The notes: a model not told the origin generated them from the letters alone. Counted from the first letter of the stretch, positions 24,450-39,100 are shown. The stretch is 64,000 nt of DNA from Ruditapes philippinarum (GCF_026571515.1 NW_026862771.1:310001-374000); one strand, 5' to 3'. Numbers and translations: made by a program.

Positions 24450-27400
24450 CAAACAGTGTCAGCTCTACACGTGAAAATACAGATTTGGGTTTTACGCGTG
24501 CTAAAAATAGCTCGCAGTCGAATAATCCAGGTCAAGATCATCAGATGGAACGAAAGCAGGCGACGGGTAGCAGTGTAAATTATGGAATGCCGGTAGGGAC
24601 ATGCCACTTTGCTTATTTGCCAACTACTTAATTGCTTATTTGCTAATTGCTGATTTGCCAATTTACTTATTTGCTGATTTACCAATTTGCTTATTTGCTA
24701 TTTGCTTATTTTCTTATATACATAAATTTTTATGCTATTGTCAGGCGACACGTCCGACTCGCGAAGTTCTTGTTTGATATAAAATAACAAGTCTTTGTAG
24801 ACTTTATTTAAATGCTCATGAACCTATACCATGTTATTATGTTTATAAAGTTTTGTTAATAAATTATACTTTGTGACAATTATGATCAATCCATCATTAC
24901 CTAGAATATAGGTAGAAAGACAGATGGATACATTTTAATAAATTTCGAAAAAAATAAATTCAGTTTCAGAAAGTAGTTGTTTTTTTTAAATTATCTTGAG
25001 TTTCAGTTTTAGCTCCACTATTCATGCTATTCTACCCACCAATACATTGGTTTTCTTTGTTACTTGTTTTTCTGTCATATCTCTGTTACTTTTGCTGATT
25101 CATGCATCTTACTGCAACTTTGCATAAACTTTGCGTTACATGCATGCATACAAAGTACACGAAGAAACTGCCCCGTTATATACTGGACAATTATAGTTTA
25201 CTGATCAGAAGGTCACGCTGCGGTGCGCGCTATTGAACATTCAAGGTTTAGTGACCAAACGAACCAATAAATTACAGTCTGAAGAAGTTTTAGATATTTT
25301 TGAAAATAATGATATTGTATGTTTTACTGAGACTTGGGGAAATGAATATTGCAATTTTAATGTTAATAATTTTGAGCATTTCTTTTTAAATAGAACTGTC
25401 AATAAAGCGTCTGCAAAAAGAGCCTCGGGTGGTATTCGCAAGACACGCTGGTGTTCACTAGCGAAGATGATATTATTTGTATAAAAATAAGCGGGTCTAA
25501 AATTGGCTTGACAAATGATTCATTTATTGGATTATGTTATATTGTACCTGAAAATAGTAGCAGAGAGGCTATGATTGATAACAGTACATATGATAGACTG
25601 CTTGAATACATTGTTAGTTTAGATAATAAATATGAGAACGGCTTCAATTTTGTGTTATGTGGCGATTTCATGCAACTCTATAACAAGTAATTTACCAGAT
25701 TGAGTTGTAAGTGATAACATTGGGCATGCTGATATTTTGCCAGAAGATTATCAAATTGATGAAAATCTGTTACGCGTGTCGCAGGACAGCGGTCACGTGA
25801 ACAATAATGGTCAGTTACTGTTAGATTTATGTAAGCAGACTGGTATTAGAATAATAAATGGCCGTTTAAAAGATACATTAGGCAAATATACTTTTGTTTC
25901 AAACAGAGGCTGCAGTGTTATTGATTATTTTTTATGTACTCAAAATTTATTTGAACATGTAGATTATTTTAATGTAAATGATCCAAATGTTATTACTGAT
26001 CACTGTTTAGTAGAATGTCACTTGGTATTTTGTGTAAAAACAGGCTGATATTATAGATAATAAGCGGTCTTATGAAACGTCGCAATATAAATATGTGTGG
26101 TATAAAGATAATGCTAATGATTATATAAGTAAATTGAATGAAAATGATATTGTACATAAATTGAATATGTTTGATGTAAATGTTGAACAATCGCACAGTA
26201 ATGATGATATTAACTCGTGTGTTAGTGAATTTGCTAGTATTATGGATGATGTGTGCTCACCTTTATTTAAACGTAATGTTGGAAACCAAAGATCAAATAC
26301 TAATTATGTAGATACGAATCAAAAGTGGTACACACAAGAATGTGACGATATTAAGCGGGAATTTTACGCTGCGCTGAATTTGTATAGAAATGATAAATCT
26401 GAGGCTAACCGTGTAAACATGGTAACGGTAAGGTCTAGATATAAGTCATGTTTACGTAATGCTAGATTTGTTTTTGATAAAAAGAAACTAATAAACTTGT
26501 GAATGCTAAATTTAAAAATGCAAGGTTGTATTGGAAAATGGTAAAAACTGTGCTGGTGTTAAAGATGCTAATATACCTATGGAAACTTTTGAGCGTTATT
26601 TCAAATCTGTAAATAATCCTGAAGATCTTTTTTTTCACCGGATGAAGATGTGTTGCATTTTATAGAAAGATATGAAAGTGAGGAGTTTAATGTTATGTTT
26701 TCTTGCTTGAACTTGCCATTTACTTATGAACATTTGTCAAACGCTATTAAACAATTAAGCAATAACAAAAGTGGAGGTCCAGATATGTATATTAATGAAT
26801 TGTTTGTATATGGTAAAGAGGCATTGATACCCCATTTGTTAACACTTTTTAACAAAAATTTTCAAGTCGCACATTTTCCAGACGTATGGTCAGAAGGATT
26901 TATAATACCTTTGCATAAAAAAGGAAGCATGAATGATGAAAATAATTATCGAGGTATTACGTTGCTGAGTGCTTTAGGTAAATTATTTACTAGAATTATC
27001 AATAATCGTTGAACGGACTGGGCAGAGACATATAGTGTTTATATTGAAGCACAGGCAGGTTTTCGGTCTAATTTAGGAACTACTGATAATTTATTTGTTT
27101 TACATGGTTTGATAAATCATTTTATAAATAACAATAAACAACTGTACTGTGCTTTTATAGATTTTAGTAAGGCTTTTGATTATGTAAACAGGGACAATTT
27201 ATGGACAAAATTAATCAAATTTGGTCTTAGAGGCAATATATTAAATATTATTAGATCAATGTACACATCGGTAAAGTCTAGAGTAATGTAACACTTTAAG
27301 TGATAGTTTTCAATGTACATTGGGTGTTAGACAGGGAGAATGTTTGTCTCTTTTTTTATTTTCTATTGTTCTTAACGATAATGAAGATATGTACCTTAAA

Positions 27401-29546
27401 CATGATGTTGAAGGGATAGATGTTAACATGTTTAAAATGTTTTTAATATTATATGCTGATGATATTGTGATTTTTGCAAACAATAGTTTAGAGTTACAAA
27501 ACAATCTTGATTTGTTGTTGGATTATTGTCAGAAATGGAAGTTAGTGGTCAATGCAGCAAAAACAAAAATTATGATTTTTAGAAAAGGTGGTAGAATTTC
27601 AGATGACTTAAGATTTTATTACGATGGAAATGTTATAGAAATTGTTAAATCATTTGTATACCTTGGTTTAGTCTTTACAGTAGGCGGTTCTTTTGCTGAA
27701 ACACAAACTATACTTTCTGGACAAGCTTTAAAAGCAATTTTTAAAATGAATAAATATTTATATAAATTTACAAATATCTCCGTTAGACATAGAATAGAAT
27801 TGTTCGATAAACTAATTTTGCCAATTCTTAACTATGGTAGTGAAATATGGGGCTTTAATAAAGGATTATCAATTGAAAGAATACATATGCAATTTTGCAA
27901 ACGTCTATTGAATGTTAAGAAAAGTACACAAAATGACTTTATCTATGGAGAGTTAGGTAGGATGCCACTACAGAATTTTAGATATTATAATATAATTAGA
28001 TACTGGGTGAAGTTATTATATTCAAACGAGAATAGATATTGTAGAAAGGTATATGATATGTTATATAATGATGTTATTATAAATCCAACTAAACAAAATT
28101 GGTGTTCACTTACGAGAAACGTATTATGTACTCTTGGTTTTCATGATGCATGGTTGTTTCAAACAATAGGTGATGAAAAAATATTTCTTTTAAATGTTAA
28201 GCAACGTATAAAAGATCAATTTTTGCAAAATTGGTCTGGTAGGTTAAATGATTCAAGCAGAGCCTCATTGTATAAATATATTGCTAATCATGGTTTTCAG
28301 TCGTACTTAGATATTGTTGTTATTAATAAATATCGTATAAATTTGTCACGTTTACGCCTATCTTCGCACAGATTATGTATAGAGACTGGTCGGTGGACCA
28401 GGCCTACGAGCACACCAGTTAATGAAAGGAAATGTAATATATGCAATATACTTGAAGACGAGTACCATTTTGTCTTAGAATGTTCTTTGTATCATGATTT
28501 GAGAAAACATTCATCCCAAAATATTACTGGAAGCGACCAAATATGCAAAACATTTATAGAATTGTTAATGAACGATAAAAAGCAAATCCTTAAGAATTTT
28601 ATCATTGTATATTGAAAAGGCTTTTACTTTGAGAAAAACTGTGTTATATGGTAATTAATGCTTTGAATGCTAAAATTACTTCACTGTTATAAGAAATGCA
28701 GTATTTAGTGTGTATGCTTTCATGTTATTATCGATTTGATATGGTATATTTTATATAAGTAATAATGTAGTGTATGACGTGTTTGAATAATTATACCCTA
28801 TTATGTAAACCTCACTTTCTTTACATGAGATAATAATTGTTAAATAAAATGATACCTTGTGTTGAAGTTTCACAACTTTCGTTTCGGGTGAAACTTCAAA
28901 TTAAGGGTGTAGTCACATATTATACGCATTTTATGAGCTCATCATTATTACGCTTTTAAGTTCAATTCAAATCAAAGTTTTACCACTTTCGTTATTTGTC
29001 GGTAAAGCTGAAATACTCATACAGTTCGACAACATTAAAAAAATTATATATATATAACAGCAAATGCGATTATTATACCAAAACAATATTCAAAACGTGT
29101 AATTTGTAGTCTCTATTCTTATGCATGATACGGTTTTTATTCAGAATCAGAAAATTGTATGGGTTTTTGAAGCAAAATAGTTATATTAATGATTACAACA
29201 ATATATGAGTAGATAATATATGACACATAATTAGAAAGTCTCACTAATCGAAAATTTGATAAATTATATTATAAATACGCCTCAGTGCATGGGAGATAAC
29301 ACAAATTAATGTGTATTTGCGTTTCATGTATAGTTATGTCCCCTTTCTATTGAAATTTATGAACACGTATACATGTATATAAGAGACTAAAATGATTGTG
29401 TACATATACTAGATACATGTAGAGGTATGTTCAGATATTATGCATGTATATTTTGTAATATTATATATTGTTCAAAATTTATTTGTAATATATGTACCAC
29501 ATGGGTTTATGACCTTCTGGTTTGATTGAATAAAATCTTGAAATCT
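24450..29546 (+). mobile_element. RTE-X-like LINE with end of ORF1, near-complete disrupted ORF2 (25233-28615) and 3' UTR
   Basis: NIQGL...DIVCFTETW, GDF, SVIDY, TDH (APE); KSGGPD, NYRGITLL, QAGFR, FIDFSKAFD, GVRQGE, YADD (RT); C-terminal CCHC-like; tail aataaaatcttgaaatct; empty site gaacatttgtataaaaatatt at about 36211. Confidence 0.93.
24596..25173. mobile_element. Nested non-autonomous DNA element inside the RTE-X ORF1 end
   Basis: Ends gggaca... / ...tgcccc, subterminal (tttgcttatttgc)-type repeats; removing it restores NYGMPVYTGQL*. Confidence 0.5.
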
Positions 29547-31582
29547 TATAAAAATATTATAAGATATCACAAATCTTATGAAACGGCAGTTTAAGAAACA
29601 CTGCTTGATTGATTTTTTTTCTATTTGTGATATTAATAAAAAAATTACAATGTGTCACATTATCAAAGGATTTTCCGAATACCATTTATTCAGAAGAACG
29701 ATTTAGTGTATTCAAATCTTGGAAATCCACTCCAAAAGAGCATTAACGAGATTGCTTTTTTATTTGATTTATTTCTTTTCTTTAACATATGCAAATTTTT
29801 GTAATAAAATATTTCAGCAGAAAAGTGTTAAATAACAAAGTGAGAGGATTGGAATGCTATTACGACAGTTTCGACACTGATTTTAATTGTAAATGACCAT
29901 AAAATGCATTGTTTATCATTTATTTTCATATAACTGAGTAATACTGAATGCAATTAAATCTATATACAAAATGCATAATAATATTTAAAGGTTTCTAAAA
30001 CTTCCATTAGCTCGATTTGATTTAAGTGGAACTAAAATTGCCACCCATTTTGATTTCTCTCTCTTTAAAAAAATACTAGGAAACTACTTCCTCTTCTTAA
30101 AATACCGACAGTTTCCTAAATCAATATTAGAACTATTTAGCATTTAACTATTTATGCAAATTGTTTGGAAATATATAATTGTTTTCTTTATTACATCAGA
30201 CACAAAATGATGCACTATGTAAGAAACAAAATGCACCAAATTGCTTTTTGATTGATATCACTATGAATTAGTAACAGTACTGTTGTTTTGTTCTGGTTTA
30301 AGAACAAGAAGTGAAGAAAAAGTGATGATAACTAAATTGTGTAGTGCAGTTCATGTAAATAAAGAAAATGTAATAATATGTAGAACTAGACCCTCATAAA
30401 TCATTTATCCGCTCACGATGTAAAACTAGTTGATAATTTAAAAAAAAAAGTGTTATGAAACGGCTAGATCTTAAAATAAAATAAAATCATGAATTAAATC
30501 ATCATTGCATGTTTTTTCTTTTGAAAATGAATAATAAAAATACTAATGCACGATAAATTTATTGTGTTTAAACCCCGAAAGTATCTGAAAGAATCGCACC
30601 ATTTACATTAAATTTTCTTCTATTAAAATGATTTCTTTCTCTGTTTTGTAAGCAAATTGTTCTGTTGAAATAAAGCATTTCATTTAAGTAACTGAGATAC
30701 TTACTATAAGGGTTGATTACTAATTATTATTCTTGATTATAACTTACTGAGTTGCATTGATTAAAAAACCATTAGATAACTTTACAACATGAGTGTGATA
30801 TTCTGTATTTCATAGTTTTTGCATGATTGACTGACACCAAACGTCTATCATGAAAATGAAAATAATGAATCAAAGCCTTTTTTGTTGTGTCAAAATTGCA
30901 TTGTTTTAAATACATATTATAACAAAAGTTCCTCAGTTGTTATAAAATTGAATAACCAGTCATCTTTGTTTTAACTGGAAGGAACCCTTTTTTTTTAAAA
31001 AAAAAAGACCTATGTTAATTATTTTCAAATTTTATTTCAACAACAAATTCTTGTTAAATGAGCCAACACGACAAAGTGAAAAAACTTCATATTCAATTTA
31101 GCCGTATATTTAGCTGTAAGATATGTAAATTGAAACAAGTAATGCAGCAAAATTGGTATACGACCATTGACTTCTTGTAGTATTGAAATGAAAAATAAAA
31201 TTAGATAAAGAGATAAGAAAAAAGTGTCATATCACCTTGAGACAAAATATAAATGTTTCGATAAAAAACTTTGAATTTTAAAACAATTCAAACAAGTGGA
31301 CCCCACAAGCTTATGTTTGTATCCTGATATATTTTCAAGATCATCTACAAGGGAACACATCATAACAAAAGTCAGATTAACATCGTAGTGATGTCATTAT
31401 ATGTGTATGCCCTATATCACACACTTGATCTGTTGAAAATCTACCTAATGTAAAAGTATTACTTGAATTTGCTGACATAAATAAGTTCTACTTAAATGTG
31501 GTTCGGTTGTGTTGCTTTCTAACTTGCTCATGCTGCTTTCTTTTATAATTACATTTACATATTCAAGAAAAGATATTTAATA

Positions 31583-31900
31583 ATAATTTTACGGGATATG
31601 TGCATATAATTTTATATACATTTTTCAGAAATGTTTGCTTGCTTTGTATACAATTTTATGTTATATTATAACTTTCAAATCAGCATTGTTTTATATGTTT
31701 ATATGTCATTTATTATTGAATGGCCATTTCACAATTTTATGTTAGTTTGATAACTTTCATATCAACATTGTATTATATGTTTTTCCGTCATTTATTATTA
31801 AATGGCCATTTCAATTTCAAAGTGTAGTTGTTATTCTTGAAAACTATCAAACAGAGAAAACTTCTTCAGGCAAAGATACAACAAATTGAAATGTTGACAT
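31583..31900. mobile_element. 318-bp insertion with 14-bp target-site duplication
   Basis: aaagatatttaata at 31569 and 31901; absent from the paralog at about 38240; internal about 80-bp tandem duplication. Confidence 0.65.
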
Positions 31901-32635
31901 AAAGATATTTAATATTTTAACATAATTATATAACATAATGTATCAACATTTAAAGATTCATTAGGGTTTCAAATAGCTAGATGTTAGAGAGAATAAGAGC
32001 TTAAAACGAATTATATCTGATTCCACCTATACTGTCAAAGGAAGAATTAAGTTGCAGCCTCGTGCAATATTTCAAGAACGGTACGGAATGCTTTTTCACT
32101 ACAATAATATTTCATTTTCCTTTACAGAACCTCGCTTTTTTTATTTCTTGGTTAACTCCTGAATTTCGTTCCAATTTCACCATTTTCACCAATTTCACCA
32201 TTCGTTTACAATTCCGGAAGCATAACAATATAAATCAATCTGTTTGTAGAATTTTGATGAATAAATTGACGATGTGAAGAAAAAGTGGAAATCAACCACA
32301 TACTGCTTTTAAAAGCGTTTTAATGAAACCATCGATTTTCTTTATTCATTCTACAATTTATTCTCCGAAAACGCGAAATGAGTAGGGCATTTACCAGATT
32401 GAGTTTGATTTATTTCATTCCTTTAAGTAAAGCAAATGTTTTAGTGAAATACTTCAGATAGAAAATATTTAATGGGATATAGAATGTTTTGTCGCAATTA
32501 ATACTCCTTGCAGCCGTCAATATAGAGTTGTAATACCATTCAAAGAAGTCATTAAAATGTGATATTTTTTAGAAATTTTCCCGTCCCTCCAAAAAGCTTA
32601 AAACAAAAACAGTTACACTTTTTCAAATTTTCAAC

Positions 32636-32870
32636 AGTCCGTGGCCGAATGGTTTATGTTGCTGACTTCGAACCACTTGACCTTCATTGGTAAGGGTTCA
32701 AATCCCGCCAGGAGAATTGGATTCTTTCGTATGAGGAAACTATCCCGCCAGCTTATGGAACATCGGTGGTTCTAGTCATGTCCGTCCAGCTCATGACTGA
32801 AATAATGCACGGAAAAGCACCTGAGGTCTTCCTGTACTTGTAAAGCTGGAAAGTCACAATATGAAGTCAT
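32636..32870 (+). mobile_element. tRNA-derived SINE, duplicated copy of 18838
   Basis: gtggccgaatggtt...ggttcaaatccc boxes; same flanks as 18838 and 39470. Confidence 0.8.
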
Positions 32871-33689
32871 AAACATAAAAATTGAGAATAACTTGATCAT
32901 GTTTGAGACTAATACAACATAGGTAAGGTATTGGTAATGGTATAAGCTTCGTACAAATACTGTTCCGTATGGAGATAGATAATGCCCTTATTGGCACAAA
33001 GTTGAAAATGAATATCACTTTGTTGTTAAATTTCTAGATTGTTTTAAGGTAATTTTGTAATCAAAAAGTGTTTTGTTGGCATCCAAGTTATTTCAATTTT
33101 AATAACAAAAATTCGTATTTACAAGCAAAAACAGATGCTTGAAATATGTTTTGAAAAGGGCTAATATCCACACACATAAAACTGGAATAAATATATGTAC
33201 AAAATGTCATATCATTTGCGATGTAGATGTTTTCTCCAAATTGTATAATTAGTGTCCCTTTTACTGATAAACTATAAACGTGTATATCTTATATATTTTA
33301 TCTTGATAGTTCACATGTTTTATTAATGAAATGCTGATGGATCTTGTTTGATGTATAAAAGTTGAAAATGTCGAATGAAAATCTTACAAATTTATCTGGC
33401 AGCCTCTACTAAACGGTCAAGTCATCACGTTATATGTTGCTTTCTGCCAAAATCTTCTCTTATATTATCTTTTTGCATGTTCCTTTTTAGTGTTATCTTT
33501 ATTGTTTTGGCTTAAACTGTTTTATGTCCAGAATTTGCTTTGAACTTAAAAAACTATTTAAACAAATAAATAAGTATATGAGAACCATTGCATCTGAGCC
33601 GTTGAATTTACACTGTAATAATGAAAACAATAGAACGACATGATTAAATGAAGATAATGGCTTCTTTGATTTATATCAATCAATCGTCG

Positions 33690-35900
33690 CTGTTTGTAAA
33701 TGCAATTATATCAGTTTTAAACAATGATTATCATTAAGGATAGCAACATCAACACAAAAATGTATAAAGTTTGCAAGATAATTTAATACTTTCATTTTGT
33801 TTGTTTCATTTTATTATAATATATAATTTATATAAATATATTCCTTTCAATTTTAAGGTTTCCTTTTTAATTTCTTACGAAAACATTTGCCTCTTTAAGT
33901 ATTAACTCACACAGAGCTATTTGTCAATAGGATGAGTCCCATCGTTTTATAATGCTTTTAAGTATTTTTTTTGTTTGCGAATCATTATGTTTGATTATTT
34001 GTTTTTCTTTTTTATATGTATTTAAAATTACCAAAAGATATAATTGATATATGTAATTAGGAAAAATGATAAAAATGTTTTAAGTATGTCATGCTATATC
34101 TAACTTTTCAGCAGAGAGATTAACAAATTCATAGATCTTTCCTTAGTTCTGTTTCTAAAATGCAATGAAATTTGTATATATGAATGTTATAACTGAAATA
34201 AATATTGTTTAAGCTAAGACTTTTAGAAATATGCCGTTTATATTTTATTTGTCTAAACTTCATTTTGAATTGAATTCTGCTTTCATAAATTAATAAATGT
34301 AATGATTCATACAGTAGTAAATGATCATATGGGACTTTGAAGATAAAATATCTAAATAGAAGGATAGTTTGGGAAAATGCTTTCAGTTACTTTTTCGATG
34401 AATTTATAAAAAAAAACAGTATCTAATCACATTTTTATTTGAATTGGTAGCCTTGCAAATAGTGCTAATCCATGAGTATTAAATATGCCATATTTGGAAG
34501 TTAGACATGTTGAACATTTGCTTTTGTCATAAAGCAAGATTGTAAAACAAAAGTTTATTAACAGATTACAAAAATAATTTCCCTTTTGTGTTCACATGTT
34601 CTTTCTATTATTAACAGTTCTTTCAGAGACTTTCGTAATGATACGAAAGTTAAAAACAAATCAGGTTTTGTCCCCCACTTTTCTTTTTGTATTCATTTAC
34701 TACTCTTTACAACTGTTTTATGTTACTTATACAATAGCTTTTAATACAATAACTTAATATCCACTAATGTGTCTTTGACGTGATAAGGAAAATAATTTAA
34801 CCATTAGGTGAATTGATGCGTTTTAAAATGGAAAATGAATCAAAGTTTGACCATTTTTATCAATTCAGCAGTATTCTTATTTGAAATAATTATTTCATTT
34901 TACATTTGGCGGCTCTATTCTTTATGTTCACGTCAGAAAGATGTCAAGTAAAATAATTGCGAAATTATCAGATTACATGAAATTGCTTCGTAACTTGTCG
35001 TGCTATTTGTCTTTGATAATAGTAGACATCTAATATAAATCTTTATGTAGGTGCCCATTATCTTTCCTCTGTTTAATATAAAGGGAATATTCTATCGAAG
35101 AATTTTAATAAATAGCTCATAAATTCATGCGCAGAATATTGTCTTCAACGGGAAGTCGACTGAATTTCATTACTATCTGTTTCTGAATCTTTAACTTATA
35201 TTGGTTTTTGAAGCCAAGAAAAATAATGTTTTATGGTTTCAACATTAATATGTAAAGAGTAATTTTAGATATGTAAGACATACTTTGATGACATCTGTAT
35301 AAGTGTGTCTGTTTAAATAGATATAAATTGTGTTGTTTTTAATGGCACATTCATACCGTTTTATTTCTTCGAGACATTAAATGGCTAACGTGCGAGTTAT
35401 GATTAAAATGCCACTTATACCATTGAAAATATACTTATAATTAGAGACAGATGAATAATTTCACGTATGAATATTTCAAACAAAAATTAATACAAATCAT
35501 TCTATAGAAACAAATAATATGAGTTATGGCAATATCAATTATATACCCTATACATCTTTATTCATGTAATGTCTTGGTGTAATCTCAATAATTTGAAATC
35601 CTTTATTAACATATTTCTTCTAAACATTTGTATCGCTCAAGCCGATGCTAGGGGCGTGAAAGATGTTGCCGTCATGTACAGACTCAATCAACCCAAGCCT
35701 GCAATTTTCATGTTATTTGTTGTGATTAATGGTTCCGAGAGATCACTTTACATCAATCTAACAATTTAAATATCATCCCTTTTTCTAATGCGTATTGTAA
35801 TAATTTTGTCAACCATACAACTAATTTCGTATAAGACTAAAGAATATTATTTACGTTTAATTTCACGTCTCATTAAAGAATCAAAATAACATAATACATG
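33690..35900 (-). pseudogene. P6: partial type-2 LGR pseudogene copy
   Basis: 33690-34580 matches 21775-22482 + 23763-23880; 34585-35620 matches 40326-41370. Confidence 0.5.
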
Positions 35901-35961
35901 TATCTTAAGTATCTGTACTATCTTTTTCTATTTCAGGTGAAATGTTTATAAACGGTATTTG

Positions 35962-36131
35962 TACGGTGGCATAGAGGTGACATTTGCAGTATTTATTTAT
36001 CTTCAGGGCCTCAAGAAATTATCTCGTTATGTGGTCTCAAGATACTAGTAATATGTAATGGCCACAACATGATAAGTTGTGGCCACAAGATAAATTATGC
36101 TGCACCACTTTGCCACTTCTATGCCACCGTA
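35962..36131. mobile_element. MITE with about 22-bp TIRs, TA-flanked; partial copies at 24248-24359 and 41680-41810
   Basis: tacggtggcatagaggtgacat ... ttgccacttctatgccaccgta; internal gtggccacaa subrepeats. Confidence 0.8.
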
Positions 36132-36139
36132 TATTTGTC

Positions 36140-39100
36140 TATACTTTTAGTGTTTTTCTTAAACTAGATTTAATAAAAGTAATGTAAATTTATATGTATA
36201 TAAAATGCAAGAACATTTGTATAAAAATATTATAAGATATCACAAATCTTATGAAACGGCAGTTTAAGAAACACTGCTTGATTGATTTTTTTCTATTTAT
36301 GATATTAATAAAAAATTTACAATATGTCACATTATCAAAGGATTTTCCGAATACCATTTATTCAGAAGAACGATTTAGTGTATTCAAATCTTGGAAATCC
36401 ACTCCAAAAGAGCATTAACGAGATTGCTTTTTTATTTGATTTATTTCTTTCCTTTTACATATGCAAATTTTTGTAATGAAATATTTCAGCAGAAAAGTGT
36501 TAAATAACAAAGTGAGAGGATTGGAATGTTATTACGACAGTTTCGACACTGATTTTAATTGTAAATGACCATAAAATGCATTGTTTATCATTTATTTTCA
36601 TATAACTGAGTAATACTGAATGCAATTAAATCTATATACAAAATGCATAATAATATTTGGTGGTTTTTAAAACTTCCATTAGCTGTATTTGATTTAAGTG
36701 GAACTAAAAATGCCACCCATTTTAATTTCTCTCTCTTTAAAAAAATTACTAGCAAACTGCTTCCTCTTCTTAAAATACCGTCAGTTTCCTAAATCAATAT
36801 TAGACCTATTTAGCATTTAACTATTTATGCAAATTGTTTGGAAATATATAATTGTTTTCTTTATTACATCAGACACAAAATGATGCACTATGTAAAAAAC
36901 AAAATGCACCAAATTGCTTTTTGATTCATATTACTATGAATTAGTAACAGTACTGTTGTTTTGTTCTGGTTTAAGAACAAGAAGTGAAGAAAAAGTGATG
37001 ATAACTAAATTGTGTAGTGCAGTTCTTGTAAATAAAGAAAATGCAATAATATGTAGAACTAGACCCTCATGAATCATCTATCCGCCCACGATGTAAAACT
37101 TGTTGATAATTTAAAAAAAAGTGTTATGAAACGGCTAAATCTTAAAATAAAATAAAATCATAAATTAAATCATCAGTGCATGTTTTTTTCTTTTGAAAAT
37201 GAATAATAAAAATACTAATGCACGATAAATTTATCGTGTTTAAACCCCGAAAGTATCTGAAAGAATCGCACCATTTACATTAAATTTTCTTCCATTAAAA
37301 TGATTTCTTTCTCTGTTTTTAAGAAAATTGTTCTGTTGAAATAAAGCATTTCATTAAAGTAACTGAGATACTTACTATAAGGGTTGATTACTAATTATTA
37401 TTCTTGATTATAACTTACTGAGTTGCATTGATTAAAAAACCATTAGATAACTTTACAACGAGAGTGTGATATTCTGTATTTTATAGTTTTTGCATGATTG
37501 ACTGACACCAAAGGTCTATCATGAAAATGAAAATAATGAATCATAGCCTTTTTTTTTGACAAAAATTGCATTTTTTTTTTTAAATTTCATATCATAACAA
37601 AGTTTCAAAAATAACCAGTCATATTTGTTTCAACAAGAAGGAACACTTTTCGTTTATAATGACCTATGTTAATTATTTTCAAATTTTAATTCAACAACAA
37701 ATTCTTGTTAAATGAGCCAACACGACATAGTGAAAAAACTTCATATTCAATTTAGCTGTATATCTAGCTGTAAGATATGTAAATTGGATCATTAAATGAA
37801 AGACTGATGGCAGCAAAAATTGGTAAACGACCATTGTCTTCTTGTAGTATTGAAATGAAAAATAAAATTAGATAAAGAGATAAGAAGAAAAATAGTGTCA
37901 TATCACCTTGTGACAAAATATAAATGTTTCGTAAAAAACTTTGAATTTTAAAACAATTCAAACAAGTGGACCCAACAAGCTTATGTTTGTATCCTGATAC
38001 ATTTTTAAGATCATCTACAAGGGAACACATAATAACAAAAGTCAGATTAACATTGTACTGATGTCATTATATGTACATGCCCTATATCACACACTTGATC
38101 TTTCGAAAATCTACCTGATATAAAAGTATTACTTGAATTTGCTGACATAAATAAGTTCTGCTTTAATGTGGTTCGGTTGTGTTGCTTTCTAACTTCCTCG
38201 TGCTGTTTTCTTTTATAATTACATTTACATATTCTAGAAAAAGAAATTTAATATTTTAACATATATAACATAATGAATCAACATTTAAAGATTCATTAGG
38301 GTTTCAAATAGCTAGATGTAAGAGAGAATAAGAGCTTAAAACGATTGTTCATCAGTTTTGAAAAGAATTTGTAAATACTAAATCTACAAAATGCATTTTT
38401 TTCGAGCATAAAATATATAAAAAAGGATTTGGAGACTTTGTTTGACGAAGTTCATGATGTACAGGAGAGACAGCGTAAGCCGTAACAATTATCAAGACCT
38501 TGATTTAGAAATATTCAATATAAAACTATGATAATCCCAAATGGAAAGATAACACAATAAATAAATGAAACGGTCTTAAGATATTTGTTTAGTTGTGTTA
38601 AAATTTACACAATGTGATATGTTAAGGCTTGCACAGGACACGAGGATAATTTTAATCGATTTTAACTCATCCGTCATATTTTCTTCATAAATCGAAATAT
38701 TCGCATGTAATTTTAAAATTAATTACATTTAATTGTTAATTGAAACCAACAGAAGCTGTAAAAAACCTATTAAAAAGTGTTTTAAATATGATAGTCTTGA
38801 TAGTATAGTCGTTTTGCGATGAAAGGATACTTATTTTTACAAATTTTATTTGAAATTAATTGAATTATATCTGATTCCACCTATACTGTCAAAAGAAGAA
38901 TTAAGTTGCAGCCTCGTGCAATATTTCAAGTACGGTACGAAATGCTTTTTCACTACAATAATATTTCATTTTCCCTAACAGCACCTCACTTTTTTATTTC
39001 TTGGTTTACTCCTGAATTTCGTGCCAATTTCACCATTCGTTTACAATTCCGGAAGCATAACAATATAAATCAATCTGTTTGTAGAATTTTGATGAATAAA

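Larger units (their letters stand above)
29547..33588 (-). pseudogene. P5: chimeric LGR pseudogene (type-1 N-terminus + type-3 7TM), duplication unit 1
   Basis: ATG at 33588 with MVLIYLFICLNSFLS; 32008-33660 matches 18222-19790; 29547-31580 matches 36220-38250 and 41900-44170; FYIVSG*MIYEGLVLHIITFSLFT. Confidence 0.65.
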
